Of a stretch of DNA of 64,000 nucleotides, positions 1 through 13,299 are shown piece by piece. Origin of the DNA: Chara braunii (taxonomy: Eukaryota; Plantae; Charophyceae); contig BFEA01000001.1 in assembly GCA_003427395.1 (NCBI GenBank), positions 4,994,219 to 5,058,218 on the forward strand. The letters are read 5' to 3'. Both the position numbers and the translations under genes were made by a program. Position 1 is the first letter of the stretch. The number at the start of each line of letters is the position of its first letter. The notes below the pieces were generated by a model, which had not been told where the DNA came from, searched no databases, and saw only the letters and a list, made by a program, of their open reading frames with translations.

Positions 1-32
1 CTTATACACATCTAGATGTGTATAAGAGACAG
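1..32. other. Nextera mate-pair junction adapter (partial), assembly artefact
   Basis: CTTATACACATCT followed by AGATGTGTATAAGAGACAG: Tn5 mosaic ends head-to-head. Confidence 0.97.
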
Positions 33-860
33 TGCGGGGGGCGGGCGAGAAGAGAGCTGTAGATCTGAAGGGATCGAACGCAGCTCATCAATCGCGCCCT
101 GACGTACCTAGCCAGCTCACGATCCTCTTCTGACAGGCTGATACCACTCCACTACAACCTCGATTAGCTGGGCGTGGGTGGTCCTCGTCTCAACCCCTGA
201 AAGCTTGACACGCACCTGTCAGCGGTAGGCCCTCGAACAATACCCACCTACCACAGCACCTTCGCACGCCCAGACACTCCGGTCTTCAATGTTTCTCATC
301 AGCCTCGTTAGTGCCCTCCTAGAGCAGCAGCCCTCTTCTTCGAGCAAGCCTAGTTTATGGCACCCAGCTCCAACGCACGGTCGACCAATCATCACTACAT
401 CCGTGATTAACCAGAGCCCACCCTACTATCGTATCGGAAGAGACAGAATGGGGCCGTGAAGAAGAGGGCAAGTGCGCTTGTCACAGCTTGATTGACCAGC
501 TATAAGTCTATTTGATTCAGCTGCCGCATGAGGCCCTGGCTCCGGCGTGCAACCCCCCTGGCGCATCCTAACTCTGCCAGATGTCACACACAACTCGATG
601 TGACGTATTGCTTGTCGGCCTCGGCGCCATAACTACGTGCCTGTAGGTAACGTGGGTAACGCAGTAGAAGACCCTGCCCTCCAGTTGTGCGTGCGACACT
701 CCCTCTACGAGGAGTGCGACACCCTCCACCGTCAGAACACCCCTTGACAGCCCCGGCTCCGCGGCGTGCGGCGCTCCCACGCTCGGTCGTAGGTGCCGCG
801 CTGTGCCCTCTCTTGCCTTGCCTGCCGGCAGTCAACGCCACGCATTCCCGACTCGGCCTT
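33..860 (-). pseudogene. Probable decayed hAT transposase 5' part (BED finger and DUF659-like region)
   Basis: Frame-broken minus-strand peptides AWE...ECR..GSST (BED-like), AVTSALALFFTA.PF (cf. AIARFFY..IPF) and LITD; GC-rich subterminal-like repeats at 870-960. Confidence 0.35.
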
Positions 861-1081
861 GCGGATCCACTCCGGTCCGCAGACCCGGTTTTCCGGACAC
901 AGACCTGGTTCCCACCCGGAGATACGGTTTCGGGACTGTATTCGGGACCACAGGACGGGTCAGTCGCGGGTGCATCCAATTCCCCATCCGCCAGCCTACA
1001 TCGGTGTCCGCGCTGCTTTTTTTTCCCGTTCAAAAAGAAGTTTGTTTGTTTGTTTTTTTTTTTTTGGCACTCGACAGCCTG

Positions 1082-1680
1082 TTTTTTTTTTTTTTTTTTT
1101 TTTTGGGAAAAAGCGAGAATTTCATTAAAGACCAAATATGAGGCCGGGAATCCTCACAAACCGGAGCGACTCAGACCAGACTACTGGGAAAGACCCAGCA
1201 CCATGTTCCGTGAGCATTCTGCTCAACAACTCTGTGAACAAAACATGCCAAAAACAACCCTTCCACCCCGCAAGCAGCTTCTTTATGTTTCTTGACTATT
1301 TTCTTAAAAACCATGCCAAACCTCAACCCCCAACATGCAGTCCCCTGTGGCCAGAGGCCCTTCAAGCAATTACCCCTTCCCTCCAGACCTATCTCCCACT
1401 AACCATAGTCTAAAAAACTGTCTACCAAAGCCCGTCGAATCTAATGCAACTAAAGAGCACTCCACTCTCAGAACTCTCAGACCGCCTACACGGCAGTTGG
1501 AACCTATCATGGTTCCACTACTTCCTAGACACTCTCAAAGCCCCCTCACTTCTGTCTCCTACTGTGGAGATGAACCGAGTGCCCTGGTATATCTAGCTCA
1601 CTAACCATTCTGAGAACTGCAAACCCTTACCCCCTCCCACAGAAATATTTTCTCTCGAATTCACCTTTCGTTTTTTTCTT
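1082..1680 (-). mobile_element. 5'-truncated non-LTR retrotransposon 3' UTR
   Basis: Poly(T) at 1082-1104 followed by non-coding sequence; right boundary approximate; no TSD found. Confidence 0.35.
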
Positions 1681-1715
1681 TTCCAAAATCACATCGTTGA
1701 ACTGAATTTGATTGG

Positions 1716-2120
1716 ATCCAGCGGCCTAGCTCAGTTGGTAAGGCACGCAAGTGGCATTCACGCGGTCTTGGGTTCAATCCCCATTGGCCTCATGTACCTT
1801 CCTGGGCGAGCTTGGCGTCCGCCACCTAGAGATATGCCGTTGGTCCCCCCGAGTGGCATTGAGCAGAGTCTGCTGGTGTTCATAGGGGGAGGGGACCGGA
1901 GGGGAGGCACAGTGACTGGCCCATAGAAGAACCTCGGTCCTGATGCTACCGGCTGACCCCTGGCTGGTATCGCCCACCTGCTGTAGCAGGTATCGCACCT
2001 GCTGGTGGGTGCAGCTCCCGCATGTTCCCTCGGAGGCGGAGGCTTGAGCACGGATGTGGCTGTGACAATAAAAAAAGGCCTGAAAGGCCGTCCTGTCCAG
2101 ATTCGGCAGGTAATTGAAAA
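1716..2120 (+). mobile_element. tRNA-derived SINE
   Basis: A box TAGCTCAGTTGG 1727-1738; B box GGTTCAATCCC 1771-1781; short A-rich tail; exact 12-bp TSD GAATTTGATTGG at 1704-1715 and 2121-2132. Confidence 0.88.
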
Positions 2121-2158
2121 GAATTTGATTGGGAGTTGGGGACCTCACAACTCAACCC

Positions 2159-2823
2159 GGGGCACGGTCGCACTACTGCCCGGATTAGCCTTAGCTATAT
2201 CCAGGGCACATGTGTTTTCCGAATTAAATCAGGATAAGATAGTAGTCCGGTCCGTTAGGGCCGTCCATTCCACACAGATCCGGGCAAATGAAAATGGACC
2301 CCCTCCCATTGGCCATGCATGTGAGGGGCGTCTTCTGTCTAGAGCACATTATTTTCGGGTAGAGGGCGGTCATCGTTCCCTGAAAAATAATTCAGAAAAG
2401 TGGAATAAAAATCAGGAAATTGAAACATATTGTGACCCTAACGGTTGCCCTGTGAGAATGGGAGCACCGTCCTTCCACGCCCCTAAGTTCAGCATCAGAG
2501 GCTGGCGCAGCGCTATAGTGTATTGGGCGCGTAATACAGCCCCATACATTTTCAAGAAACCTTCCTCTTCGTGCACTGTCAACCGCTCAGACCCAAAAAC
2601 TGAGCCACGCGGGACCACTAGCAGCATTCCGTCTGCTCCCACAATTTGAATGTATCGGACCAAGGACAACTCCATATACATTTCGTATGTTGTGTTGACT
2701 CTCCCCCCCCGCTTTTTTCTTTTTTCTATTTCTAATTATTTCTTGAAGTCTCTTTAATACGGAAAACACATGTGCCCAGGATATAGTTGAGGCCAATCCG
2801 GGTGCTAGTGGGATTGTGCCCCC
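2159..2823. mobile_element. MITE with ~70-bp imperfect TIRs
   Basis: GGGGCACGGTCGCACTAC...GGGCACATGTGTTTTCCGAATTAAA (2159-2228) is inverted at 2754-2823; no TSD resolved. Confidence 0.8.
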
Positions 2824-3299
2824 TGTACTGCGAGCATTACTAAACTTCATTTTCATGTAGAAATAAAACTTGAAAGAGCAGTAATGAAAAGCAACTAAAG
2901 GAAAATAGTTATACTAAGTCTCCGTTCCCGATCCCAAAAGCGGGGTTACTTGCAAAACCGAAAAGTCGAATAGTACAATTCGTCAATTTCTATAATACTT
3001 AAAGTCATATGGGGTCTAACTGAAGCCAGACTCCTCAGCATGAGGGACTACATACTGCACCTACCTACTAAGGGAGAAACCTCATACGCATGGCTCCTCT
3101 TCACCCATCTGTGAATAGAGTCATGTCTATGGGTTATCCTTAGGCTTACCTATCTATCTAAGCATTCAACATTACTTACTCTATGCTAAAAAACGTCAAT
3201 AAAAAGTAATTTGGTCTAGAATGACAAACAACTTGGTCACCTAAGCAGCTAATGGTGCAATCGAATGACTTGGTTAACATGCTACCCAGACATCCACTA

Positions 3300-6200
3300 A
3301 ACTACCAATCATCCCCAAATGTTGTCCATTGTGAGAGCTCAAACTTTATTTCAATGAGACATTTGCAAGGTGATTCTTGTTCACCAAAGTGTGCAGGAAC
3401 CAAAGGGGGGCTCATGATTTCTTAATATCAGTCATGACTTGTACCTTCCTCATGTGATCTAGATCAATTCATATAACTATTTAGATATGGGTAGGACAAA
3501 CATTTTTTATTTAACAAAACTAAATTTCATTCCTTGAAAATTCATCAGGCCGATTGGTCGTATTGTCAGTGTCATGTAACCCCATCCTTTACCATAATAC
3601 CAAGCATGCAAAAGTCGACCATTTATAAACAATTTGAAGCCTCATCTTAGCTTTTGTGGCGCACCTAACTCCTTCAAATGATATAGGCACTACCGCCATA
3701 TGCAAGCTAACAACAGGTACATCCCTCAGAGATGTATAGGGATTCTAGCTCAATCTGACATTTCACACATTTAATTCCAATATCAATTCCTCATACAATG
3801 AACGATGTTCGATGCCACCATTGGATAGAAGCCACGTAAGGGAGTTTGTTTTTGCATTGGGCACTCTGCCGGTAAAGTTATACATCTTTTTATAATATTA
3901 TACCATCAAATCTTTATCTTAGGTTTTTATTTTGTGAGATGCTTACATTACTTTCATTGATAAGCCTTTTCTACAGAGAATACATATTCCGAACTTGAAA
4001 AAATAATATTTCAAAAAAAGTTACTCCCCTTATACTTCTTGTTGTATAAATTTATGCCCAACCATATGTCTTTTGACGATATGGCCCCCAAAGAGGTAAC
4101 CGCATAAGATACTCCTTCGAAAAAATGAAAAGAAACTTATTTCTTTATGAGACAATTTTGCAGGGAGGCATAAAAAAGAATTGCACATTGTGAGTTTTTT
4201 TAGTTTTTTTTCATACGTCTACTTATATTTTCTCAGTATTTTGTTTTTCAATTGTTTTGTAAAATTTGAGACTTTCCTCGCATAGGTGAAGGTCTAGACA
4301 AAAGTTACAAAGTGACTGATAATCTAACCCATCCGAGCGAAAATTGAATAAGATTTTTCATTATTCTGTAATTTCTTCCATGACTCTCTCACTTTTTTCT
4401 GTAACGTACAAAACTCTACTAACTTTCGCCTAAGATCGCAGAATGACTTTCACCCCTGTTGTAGTTCGTTCCACATATCTTTCACCTCAAAACACCCCTC
4501 CCAACCCATATTTTAGCTAAACAACTTTTTTTATTCATCGTTGAAGTACTGATTCATTTCATCCACAGCACAGATATAAAGTCAGTATCATCAGGAGTCA
4601 TTCATTGTCTCCTTTACTAAGGACTCATTCTTAATTAATATTCATTTTGCTAGGCCACTCAACTTTTGTCATCGATATTTTGAATGACCTTGATGGGTCA
4701 CTCGATCTGCAGTGCGACATTCTGATGCTCTACGTCAAGGAATGTTGAAGTATCCTCTTTCCTCGTTGCGATTACTTTCGAATGAAATTTTAAACATAAC
4801 TTTTTGTCTCTTAACCACTTATGATTTTCAAAGGTATTCAATCCTTATGTCTTTGGTCACCTTCTTTCTCATTTCTTAATCAAATAACTAAATAAAAATG
4901 AATGCGTTAAAGACCAATGCCCAACCAAAAATGACAAGCAAATTATTGTCTTACAACGCTACATGCAACACTCCACTCTGACTATAAGGATTTGATATTG
5001 AGTATCTGCATAAATTTACTATGAAATGTGCACTTCCATAAATATTCATATATTATGAAATAATTTTTTTAATATCGATCTTCATAAAGGCAGAAAAAAA
5101 GTAAGCAGATATATATCAGTTGACTTGGGCCTCACATCAATTACTATATTGTATCAATAGGAAACAAAAAACTCACTGTCTTAGCATAAATTACCACAAG
5201 GTCATCGACAAACTCCTTTTCTCTTAATTGCATTTTGTGACTGATCCTGAGGCGCATCATGTAGCGATTGTCATAATACTATTCGATATATTGTCCAACC
5301 ATATCATGAACACGAAAAAACTAATGGGAACCTTTGCCACAAAGAGTGTGTCAATCCGACATATAGTCCATTCGTATCATGAATAGGAAGTGGGTTAATA
5401 GGCACCCTTACTACAAATAGTCTTTTGAAGAAAAATGTGTTAAAATTTTACCATTACCAATTTACCATTATTTCGGTTGCAGAATGAAAGTGTAATAATA
5501 TAACCCTTCTGCGGAAGTCGCTAATATATACATATTAGAGAGTCATAAAAACTCGGCAAACTTTATTATGTTAGATAACTTCTCCAAGTGAAATAAGAGT
5601 ATAGTTATATAAAAACTTTCATTCACGATAACCTCCATTAACTCTATAATTGTCAGTATTTGTCACATGATTTTTTAGCATAAAATTATATATTCACTCT
5701 TGATGAGGACCTACCAATTGTGGTAGATATATAACCTCTCTTATGTGCAATACCACTAGCTTATAAATCGTGTTTAATAAGGAAATCAGTTGCCAATTAC
5801 GAATATTGTGTTTATTACTTTTTTCGAAGAGAAAATCAATTGTCTCTCTCATCATATCTACTACAAATTATCCACCACTCCATACTTTAGTATGTATCTC
5901 TACCAATAAGACCAATGTTACCTCCCCGAACATTCAAGAGGAGGTCGGACTTCCCTCAAATGGTTGGGACGCCGATCCGAACTCGAGGGGGCCCGACCCC
6001 GAGTTCGGGGCCCGCCAAACTTCTTTTCAAGGCATTTTTTATAATTATTTTTTAATGAATAAATTACGTATTAAAGCTCTTACCTCAGTTATCTGCAAAT
6101 TTCGGGTTAATTTGGTTAAGTAGAAAAAAAACGCAAAAGTTTCGGGGGCTAAGCAAACTGAGAACCTCCCCCGTTTTCTGTTTTTATTTTTCAATGTTTT

Positions 6201-6502
6201 TTTTTTCCCGTTATAAATCAACCTACCAACCAACCAACCAATCAATAAATCGATAAGAGTAGGTAATTGATTGATTAATTAGTTGATTGGTTGATTGGTT
6301 GATTGGTTTATTGGTTGATTGGTTGATAGGTTGATTAGTTGATTGGTTGATTGGTTGATAAGGTGGCGTGGTGAGTCGTTATGCATTTCTCAGATGTATC
6401 TTGAGCAAACTGTCAGGGTTCAATCTCCTGATCATTTGGTGAAATAAACGGTCAGGAACAATCATGCTTTTCTTTCTTGAGTTGTATATGGCGGGTATGA
6501 TC

Positions 6503-6580
<78 letters not shown>

Positions 6581-9500
6581 ATGCGCGCGCAAGCACACAC
6601 ATATGCGCACGTGATAACATTTTTTTTTTTTTTTTTTAAATAACACGGAGGTATGTATGTATATGTGGATTACAACACACCCGCTCGCGTGCACACATAT
6701 ACACAAACACAGCGGGGTGAAGGGGCGGCTGGTGTGGTTTGACTTTTGACGGGTATTCGTCCCTGCCCATACATGTATGTTTTTTTTTTTTTTTATATTT
6801 AATACAAAAAACGCATTCCTCTCCCCCCCCCCCCCCCCAAAAAAAAAAAAAAAGTATTACGTCCGATCAATGTGATCAGGGAGGGGTGAACGTTTGGAAC
6901 TTCGACCTGTCTTGTTCGAGTCCACCAAAATTTCATTTTTCCTGAATGAGACCATATTCACCCAAAAACTTTAAATATATACATATAACAGACACTTCAT
7001 TATCCCTAGGAAAATTCACCTTTGGTCATACATTGGACCGCAATAGTCCTTTCTACCAATGTGATAGCTCTAGCCAAGGCAAAACGTCTGTGGGTTAAAA
7101 TCTTAACTGTAGTAAAATCCTATAATGATAACTTACTGTTATAAAATATTACAAAAAGTATCATGTTGAGGGTTGCATGATGTCAAGTAAAAAAGATGGT
7201 TTAGTTATTTCTAGACCGATATCGAGTTGATTGATGTTTGATAAGGCAAAGGTTTCTTTGAATATTATACCTGATTTTTCTATGCCTCTAGTCCTACATC
7301 TATGAATGGAACCTTCTGCTTTTTCATTTGGATAGTTTTCCATAATGTCAACCATCTCAATGTTTTTCTTATTCATAAAAGACCGGAAATATGATGTTGC
7401 CCCATCCCCACATTGTCCTTGCATTCCTTTTCCCTTGTATACCTTGGCAATAGAAAAATATTTCAAAATTTTAGACACAATCACCATGCATACACTATGT
7501 GTTCCNCTTTTGGGTGGAAAAAAATATATATATATATATATATTTTGTTCTTATTTTTCATTAAGTTTAAGTTATTCTAACCATGATAGTACCAAGTCCA
7601 AAATTGTGAGGTTTTTCGCATCTAAGAACACAAAACCTTTATCTCAGTGAAAACAAGGCCTCAAAGTAAATTGTGTCTTAACCGAGTAGTAGTCCGAAAG
7701 AGGGTTTACTATTATAGACATGTTGACCAATGATTCCCAATAGATGCTTTTTGCAAATATCATGTCCATTCTCCTTCACCTCTTGGCCTACAGTACATTT
7801 CTATGGGCGACGTATAGAATGAATTAAAATTATTAGGGTGCTTGACTTTATAGGCATTTATCAAATTTCGACTTTCCATAATTGAAAACAACAATTTTAT
7901 TTGTCCCTTAGTATGCAGTTTATTATGAGGGTTTGTGGCTTTTGAGTTCATTCCTGGGTCCAACAACGATTTTCAATCCCCCACTATTACTAATTTTTTT
8001 ATATCTTGGATAAAATTAGAATTATATTTTTTTTAATTAATTGTTTTGTTTTCACTGTTATTCTGTGATATACACAAACTAATAGTGCAAGTTTCTTCCA
8101 CAATAATACCTTCGATCCATATTGCAACACTCATCATTCTCATGAAAATTCATATCCATGTGTACTAGGACGACCATTTCGCCTTTGTTTCCCTACGCAA
8201 GGGACGTGCAAGTCATCCTCGAACCTGTTAAATTTTTGATATTTGCTTAGTGTCCAATTTGGTTTCCTAGAGGAAGACATCTACACTTTGTAGGCGTAGA
8301 TCCATGTTTCTAGATGCTAGTGCTTTACCCCACTATTGGTGTCCTCTAGATCTTTCACATTCTAAGATATTGAAAATAAGTGGTTCATGTCCATGGTGCG
8401 TGATTAAAATATTTATGGATGTGACAATGACGAAGGGTTAAAGTTTTTATACGTTTGTTTATCCCAATAACCTTCATCCTTGAATCCCTCAATGACGCAA
8501 GCAATGTCTTTAAATAGCTTAAAACTTGTTTTTTTGTACTAATGTTGCATTTTGTCAGACAATCATAACGCATGTCATTTTCTATATGAATCTCGGTTAA
8601 GTTATTTTTTTGAACCACGAGTCTATGAAGGGAATATACAACATGTGGAAGTACCCTACTGGAAACTGTCGAACCACGTGTCCTGCTGCTACATTAGCTA
8701 TAACATGTAGAAAGTGATATGACACCAACTACTTTACCAGTATCAAAATAAACTCGTTGCTAGGTGATATTTTTATTGCCACTGACAATAAATGAAGCAA
8801 AACATAAAATAACAATCCCTGTTTAAGACGACTCGCAGATAACCGAGATTATTCATTTAAAGGACATTACATTTTGCTTCTCATAACATTGTTCACATTC
8901 CGTGTCTCCTATTGAGTGATGATTTCTCCTACATCTATTTTGATTTAGTTGCCATTGCATTTCAAAGCAATTTTGTGTTTCCCATTGCGTGGTGATTTCT
9001 CCTATATCCATTTGGATTTAGTTGTCATTGCCTGCCAAAACAATTTTGTGGCGTTCATGGTAAAAAAATCATTTATTCAACTTAAGAAAACTCAATGATT
9101 TGAAAGTTTTTTTACCATTCATGTTAAGCACATGTACTTTGCATTGTTTTGTGAGACATCTCACGTGATTTGTTCATGATGAGGAAGATTCCTCTCTGTC
9201 ATAGGTGAGACCTACATGGGTTTCTTCTGCTCTATTTTTTGAACAAATAGTATCATTGTTTTTTTCCCTCCATTACCACCACTATGTAGAGACCATTATT
9301 CCAAAGGAGTCTCTTTCATTGAACGACGCCAAATCTCTTGCCCCTACTCCCATTAGCTTTGTTGCATGTCCTGACCTAACATTCATACCCTTTGTTCAAA
9401 AAATGTATTAGTTACCCCCGATGACAAAGGCTCCGCTTGTAACTTGAATGGGGTGGCTAAATCATAACCAGATTACTAAACTACGATGGTATTTATTTGG

Positions 9501-10400
9501 GGCCAAGACAAACTACTATGGATTTGAAAAAAAGTTAGAGGCGACATTGTCTATATTTTGTCAATTTAGGTGGTGAACCCTAAGAAATACCTGGTTCGGA
9601 CGGGTATACAAGGGAGGAAGTTAAAATATGTCAGTAAGTGTCTGCATCTGACCTTCAGTGACTCCGCATTCCGAGGCATGTCGTGGGAGGTTCGAGGCGC
9701 TGCAGGATGTTAATGCACCTCACACAAGGGTAGTGGTGGTAGTTCTGGGCACATAAACTTTGCAGCAAAAGATAAAACATGTATAATTGAGAGGATATGG
9801 CGCCTTGTTGATAGGGTTATTATCATGATAAAGAGAGTTATGGAGTGTCAAAGTAATTTTGACGTCGTTTACTGTTGTCTATACCCAGACTTGTGAATGA
9901 GTTGACTCAATAATTGGATTGCTGATACAGTTATACCTATGGTGTGGATAAACCCGGTTGTTTTGCGTATGGAAGAACGAGCAACACTTCTCATACCACT
10001 TTGTTACCTGGAACAAAAAATTCAATTTTGAAGAGCGCACAATCTTTCACAAACTCCACTTTATTGTTCTACATTTGTTTAACCTTTGGTACCAAATCCA
10101 ATTCCACATTTATGAGTCTGAGATATTTGTTATCCAATATACTTTGATGATTTTTCACGTTGAATTTTCAATCGTGAATTGGAGATAAACAATGCACAAA
10201 GAAACACCTTAATAGCTATGAATCAGAACTCGTATGCCACTTCTAGGGTTTTGACATCATCAAGTTCTTTTTCTCTCGCCTATCTCTAAAATTAGATGAG
10301 ACAACATGTGACGGATAATGAAATGATATCTAAATTCTTTCAAATCATAAAGCTTGTGATGTCTTTTGTGATCGTCGTATGTGAAAGAACTTTGCCGTCT
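3300..10400 (-). mobile_element. LINE-A: old, AT-rich L1-like LINE (decayed ORF2 APE-RT-zf; ORF1 remnants uncertain)
   Basis: Minus-strand peptides: DVFL*ETKLD (~8250-8280), IVGD*KSLLDP (~7960-7990), NIRNWQLISLLNTIYKL (~5760-5810), GCLLTHFLF (~5375-5405), FVDD 5201-5212, CVKCQIELES (~3740-3770); boundaries approximate. Confidence 0.8.
5913..6944. mobile_element. Non-autonomous hAT-like element inserted in LINE-A RT region
   Basis: Starts CAATGTTACC with CCCGAAC/GTTCGGG subterminal motifs like the 22277 element; ends CCTG; 7/8 TSD AATAAGAC (5905-5912) vs AATGAGAC (6945-6952); internal (CCAA)n/(TTGG)n and (CA)n. Confidence 0.55.
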
Positions 10401-11585
10401 TCGTTTTTAACCCTTCCTTATTTCAAAAAATGATTGATCACTGGATTGGAGCGCAGACCATCCCCATATTTTTTTATAAGTATCTCGTTAATTTTATCAA
10501 GAAGATGTTTAACATTATCTTGAAAAATTATAACGACAGTATTCTATTTTTTTAACCACCGAAACACTATATCATTCTACCTCTTAAGGGGTATTGGTCG
10601 GGGGGGAGAGGTGATGGTTCGATACACGCTGGTCTTATGCTGAACTTTCGTTACATTCGTTCAACGAAAGAGATTAACGAGCAGGGAGTTGTTTCCGACT
10701 GTTTTTAATAAACTGCCATACTTCACGAATGAATCTCGTGAGCACGCCTACGTGAGAGGTCAGGCGGGCACCATAGATCAACCTGAATATCTGGCACGGG
10801 GCGTCATTTGATTGTCTTTTTGCCATTTATTTATTTATTTTCCGCCAGTTGTTTTCTTTTAAGTGTTGTGGTTGCTTGGAAAAAAAAAGGGGAAAAAACA
10901 AGAACTCCAAAAAAATGTAACAGGAGCTCAAAATCGTCGCAATACATTAATTACACTTGATCCGTGAATTTCGATTTATGGCGCGGTCGGGCGTTTACTT
11001 TCACAACTCTCTCTCTCTCTCACACGCATACACACACACACACACTCTCTCTCNNNNNNNNNNNNNNNNNNNNNNNNNNNNNNNNNNNNNNNNNNNNNNN
11101 NNNNNNNNNNNNNNNNNNNNNNNNNNNNNNNNNNNNNNNNNNNNNNNNNNNNNNNNNNNNNNNNNNNNNNNNNNNNNNNNNNNNNNNNNNNNNNNNNNNN
11201 NNNNNNNNNNNNNNNNNNNNNNNNNNNNNNNNNNNNNNNNNNNNNNNNNNNNNNNNNNNNNNNNNNNNNNNNNNNNNNNNNNNNNNNNNNNNNNNNNNNN
11301 NNNNNNNNNNNNNNNNNNNNNNNNNNNNNNNNNNNNNNNNNNNNNNNNNNNNNNNNNNNNNNNNNNNNNNNNNNNNNNNNNNNNNNNNNNNNNNNNNNNN
11401 NNNNNNNNNNNNNNNNNNNNNNNNNNNNNNNNNNNNNNNNNNNNNNNNNNNNNNNNNNNNNNNNNNNNNNNNNNNNNNNNNNNNNNNNNNNNNNNNNNNN
11501 NNNNNNNNNNNNNNNNNNNNNNNNNNNNNNNNNNNNNNNNNNNNNNNNNNNNNNNNNNNNNNNNNNNCCTCCCTCCTTCCCCGCC

Positions 11586-11720
11586 TCTGTCCACCGCAGA
11601 GCATTCATCATGCATTTAGACGATTTATCGACCAATTTCATTTAGGCATGTCCAACATTTGGAATATGTTAGGTCGAGAAAGCGTACAAGTGCATGTAGA
11701 GTGTTGTGGAGTCGAGAGAC

Positions 11721-11790
<70 letters not shown>

Positions 11791-12086
11791 CTATTTTGTG
11801 GGACTGGCTCCACTACCGAACAGTTGATATGTAATTCGACGTTTCCTCGGCCAGACCCAACATTATGAATGTCTCTAGTTCAGAAGGCGTTCAAATGCAT
11901 ATAGAGTGTAGTGAAGTGGAGTGAGGCCTTGTGTCACTTGTGTGTGTGTATGTGTGTGTGCGCCTCGCTCCACTACAGAACAACCGCTTTCTAGGTCCGA
12001 CGATGTGTCGGGATTGGGATTAGAAAGCGTCCAAATGAATGTAGATTGTTGTGGACTGGATCGAGGTCCTCCATCTGTGTGTGTGT

Positions 12087-12128
<42 letters not shown>

Positions 12129-12135
12129 GAGTGTG

Positions 12136-12169
<34 letters not shown>

Positions 12170-12186
12170 AGTGTGTGTGTGTGTGT

Positions 12187-12220
<34 letters not shown>

Positions 12221-12649
12221 GTGTGTGTGTGTGTGTAGGCCTTGCTCCACTACAGAGCAGTCGACATGCATTTGGACACTTTCTCATCCAGGTCCAATAT
12301 TTTGAATGTATCGGGTTCCTCTCTCTCTCTCTCTTTCTCTCCCTCTGTGTGTGGGGGCGGGGGGGGGGGGGTGGGGGGGGCTTGCTCCACTATAAAACAG
12401 TTGACATTCGTTTGGACATTTTCTTGTCCAGGTCCAACACTTTGAATGTGTCGTTCAGAAAGTGTCCAAATGCATGTAGAATGATGTCGACTCATTGTCG
12501 TGTGGAGTCAGACCCTGTGTGTGTGTGGGTGTCTATGCTCCTTGCTCCACTACAAAACAATCAACATGCATTTGGACCCTTTCTTGACCAGGTTCATTTG
12601 GGCGAGCCCAAAATTTTAAATGTATGTGAAGTGTTCTAGAGTGGAGGGA

Positions 12650-12706
<57 letters not shown>

Positions 12707-12866
12707 CGCCTTGCTCCATGGACATGCATTTGGACTCTTTCTTAGCTGGGTGAATTTGGGTGAGCCCAATATTTTAAATGTATCCGGTTCAGAAAGAATT
12801 TATGTGCATTTAGTGTTGTGGAGTGGAGCGAGTCTCTCTCTCTCCCTCTCTCTCTCTCTCTGTGTG
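11586..12866 (+). repeat. Array of 7 diverged ~85-135-bp palindromic units separated by (CT)n/(GT)n/(G)n tracts
   Basis: Units start near 11586, 11801, 11961, 12237, 12380, 12537, 12706; consensus CCTTGCTCCACTAC...CATGCATTTGGAC...AGAAAGCGTCCAAATGCATGTAGAGTGTTGTGGAG. Confidence 0.85.
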
Positions 12867-13299
12867 CAATAACTCAGCTCAAATATGCACCGGTAGTGGG
12901 CTGCGGGTCGTCAATTTTGGTCAAAGACCCGAAACGGTGGTCAAAGGTCATGCCCAAGTCATGAAAATGCCTGCGCGAAGGCCTACTGCTGTGGGGTACC
13001 GAAGGCAAGGCTAGAACTGGCCTTCAGAGGCCCTACGTGAGACAGTTGACCTTGGGAAAGTCAACAATCAACCTCAACTCGTGAATTTAGGCCCATGAGT
13101 CAAAGTCAACATGAATCTACCCTCGACCATGGATCAGACACACACATTTGGTGGTCTGCAGGTATCTGGAAGGAATCAAGACCAAGTGGAAATCTGCAAC
13201 TGTACGAGATCCAGACCATTGGCTAATAGACGATCTAGGCCATCGTATTGGAGAGACCAGATGCTGGTCAACCAAGGCAACATAGGCTATTCCAGATGA

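Noticed and set aside
1720-1792. Functional tRNA gene
   Set aside because: Anticodon arm does not pair; it is the head of a TSD-flanked SINE.
11586-12866. CRISPR-like repeat-spacer appearance
   Set aside because: Units are ~100 bp and diverged, spacers are simple repeats, no cas genes, eukaryotic context.
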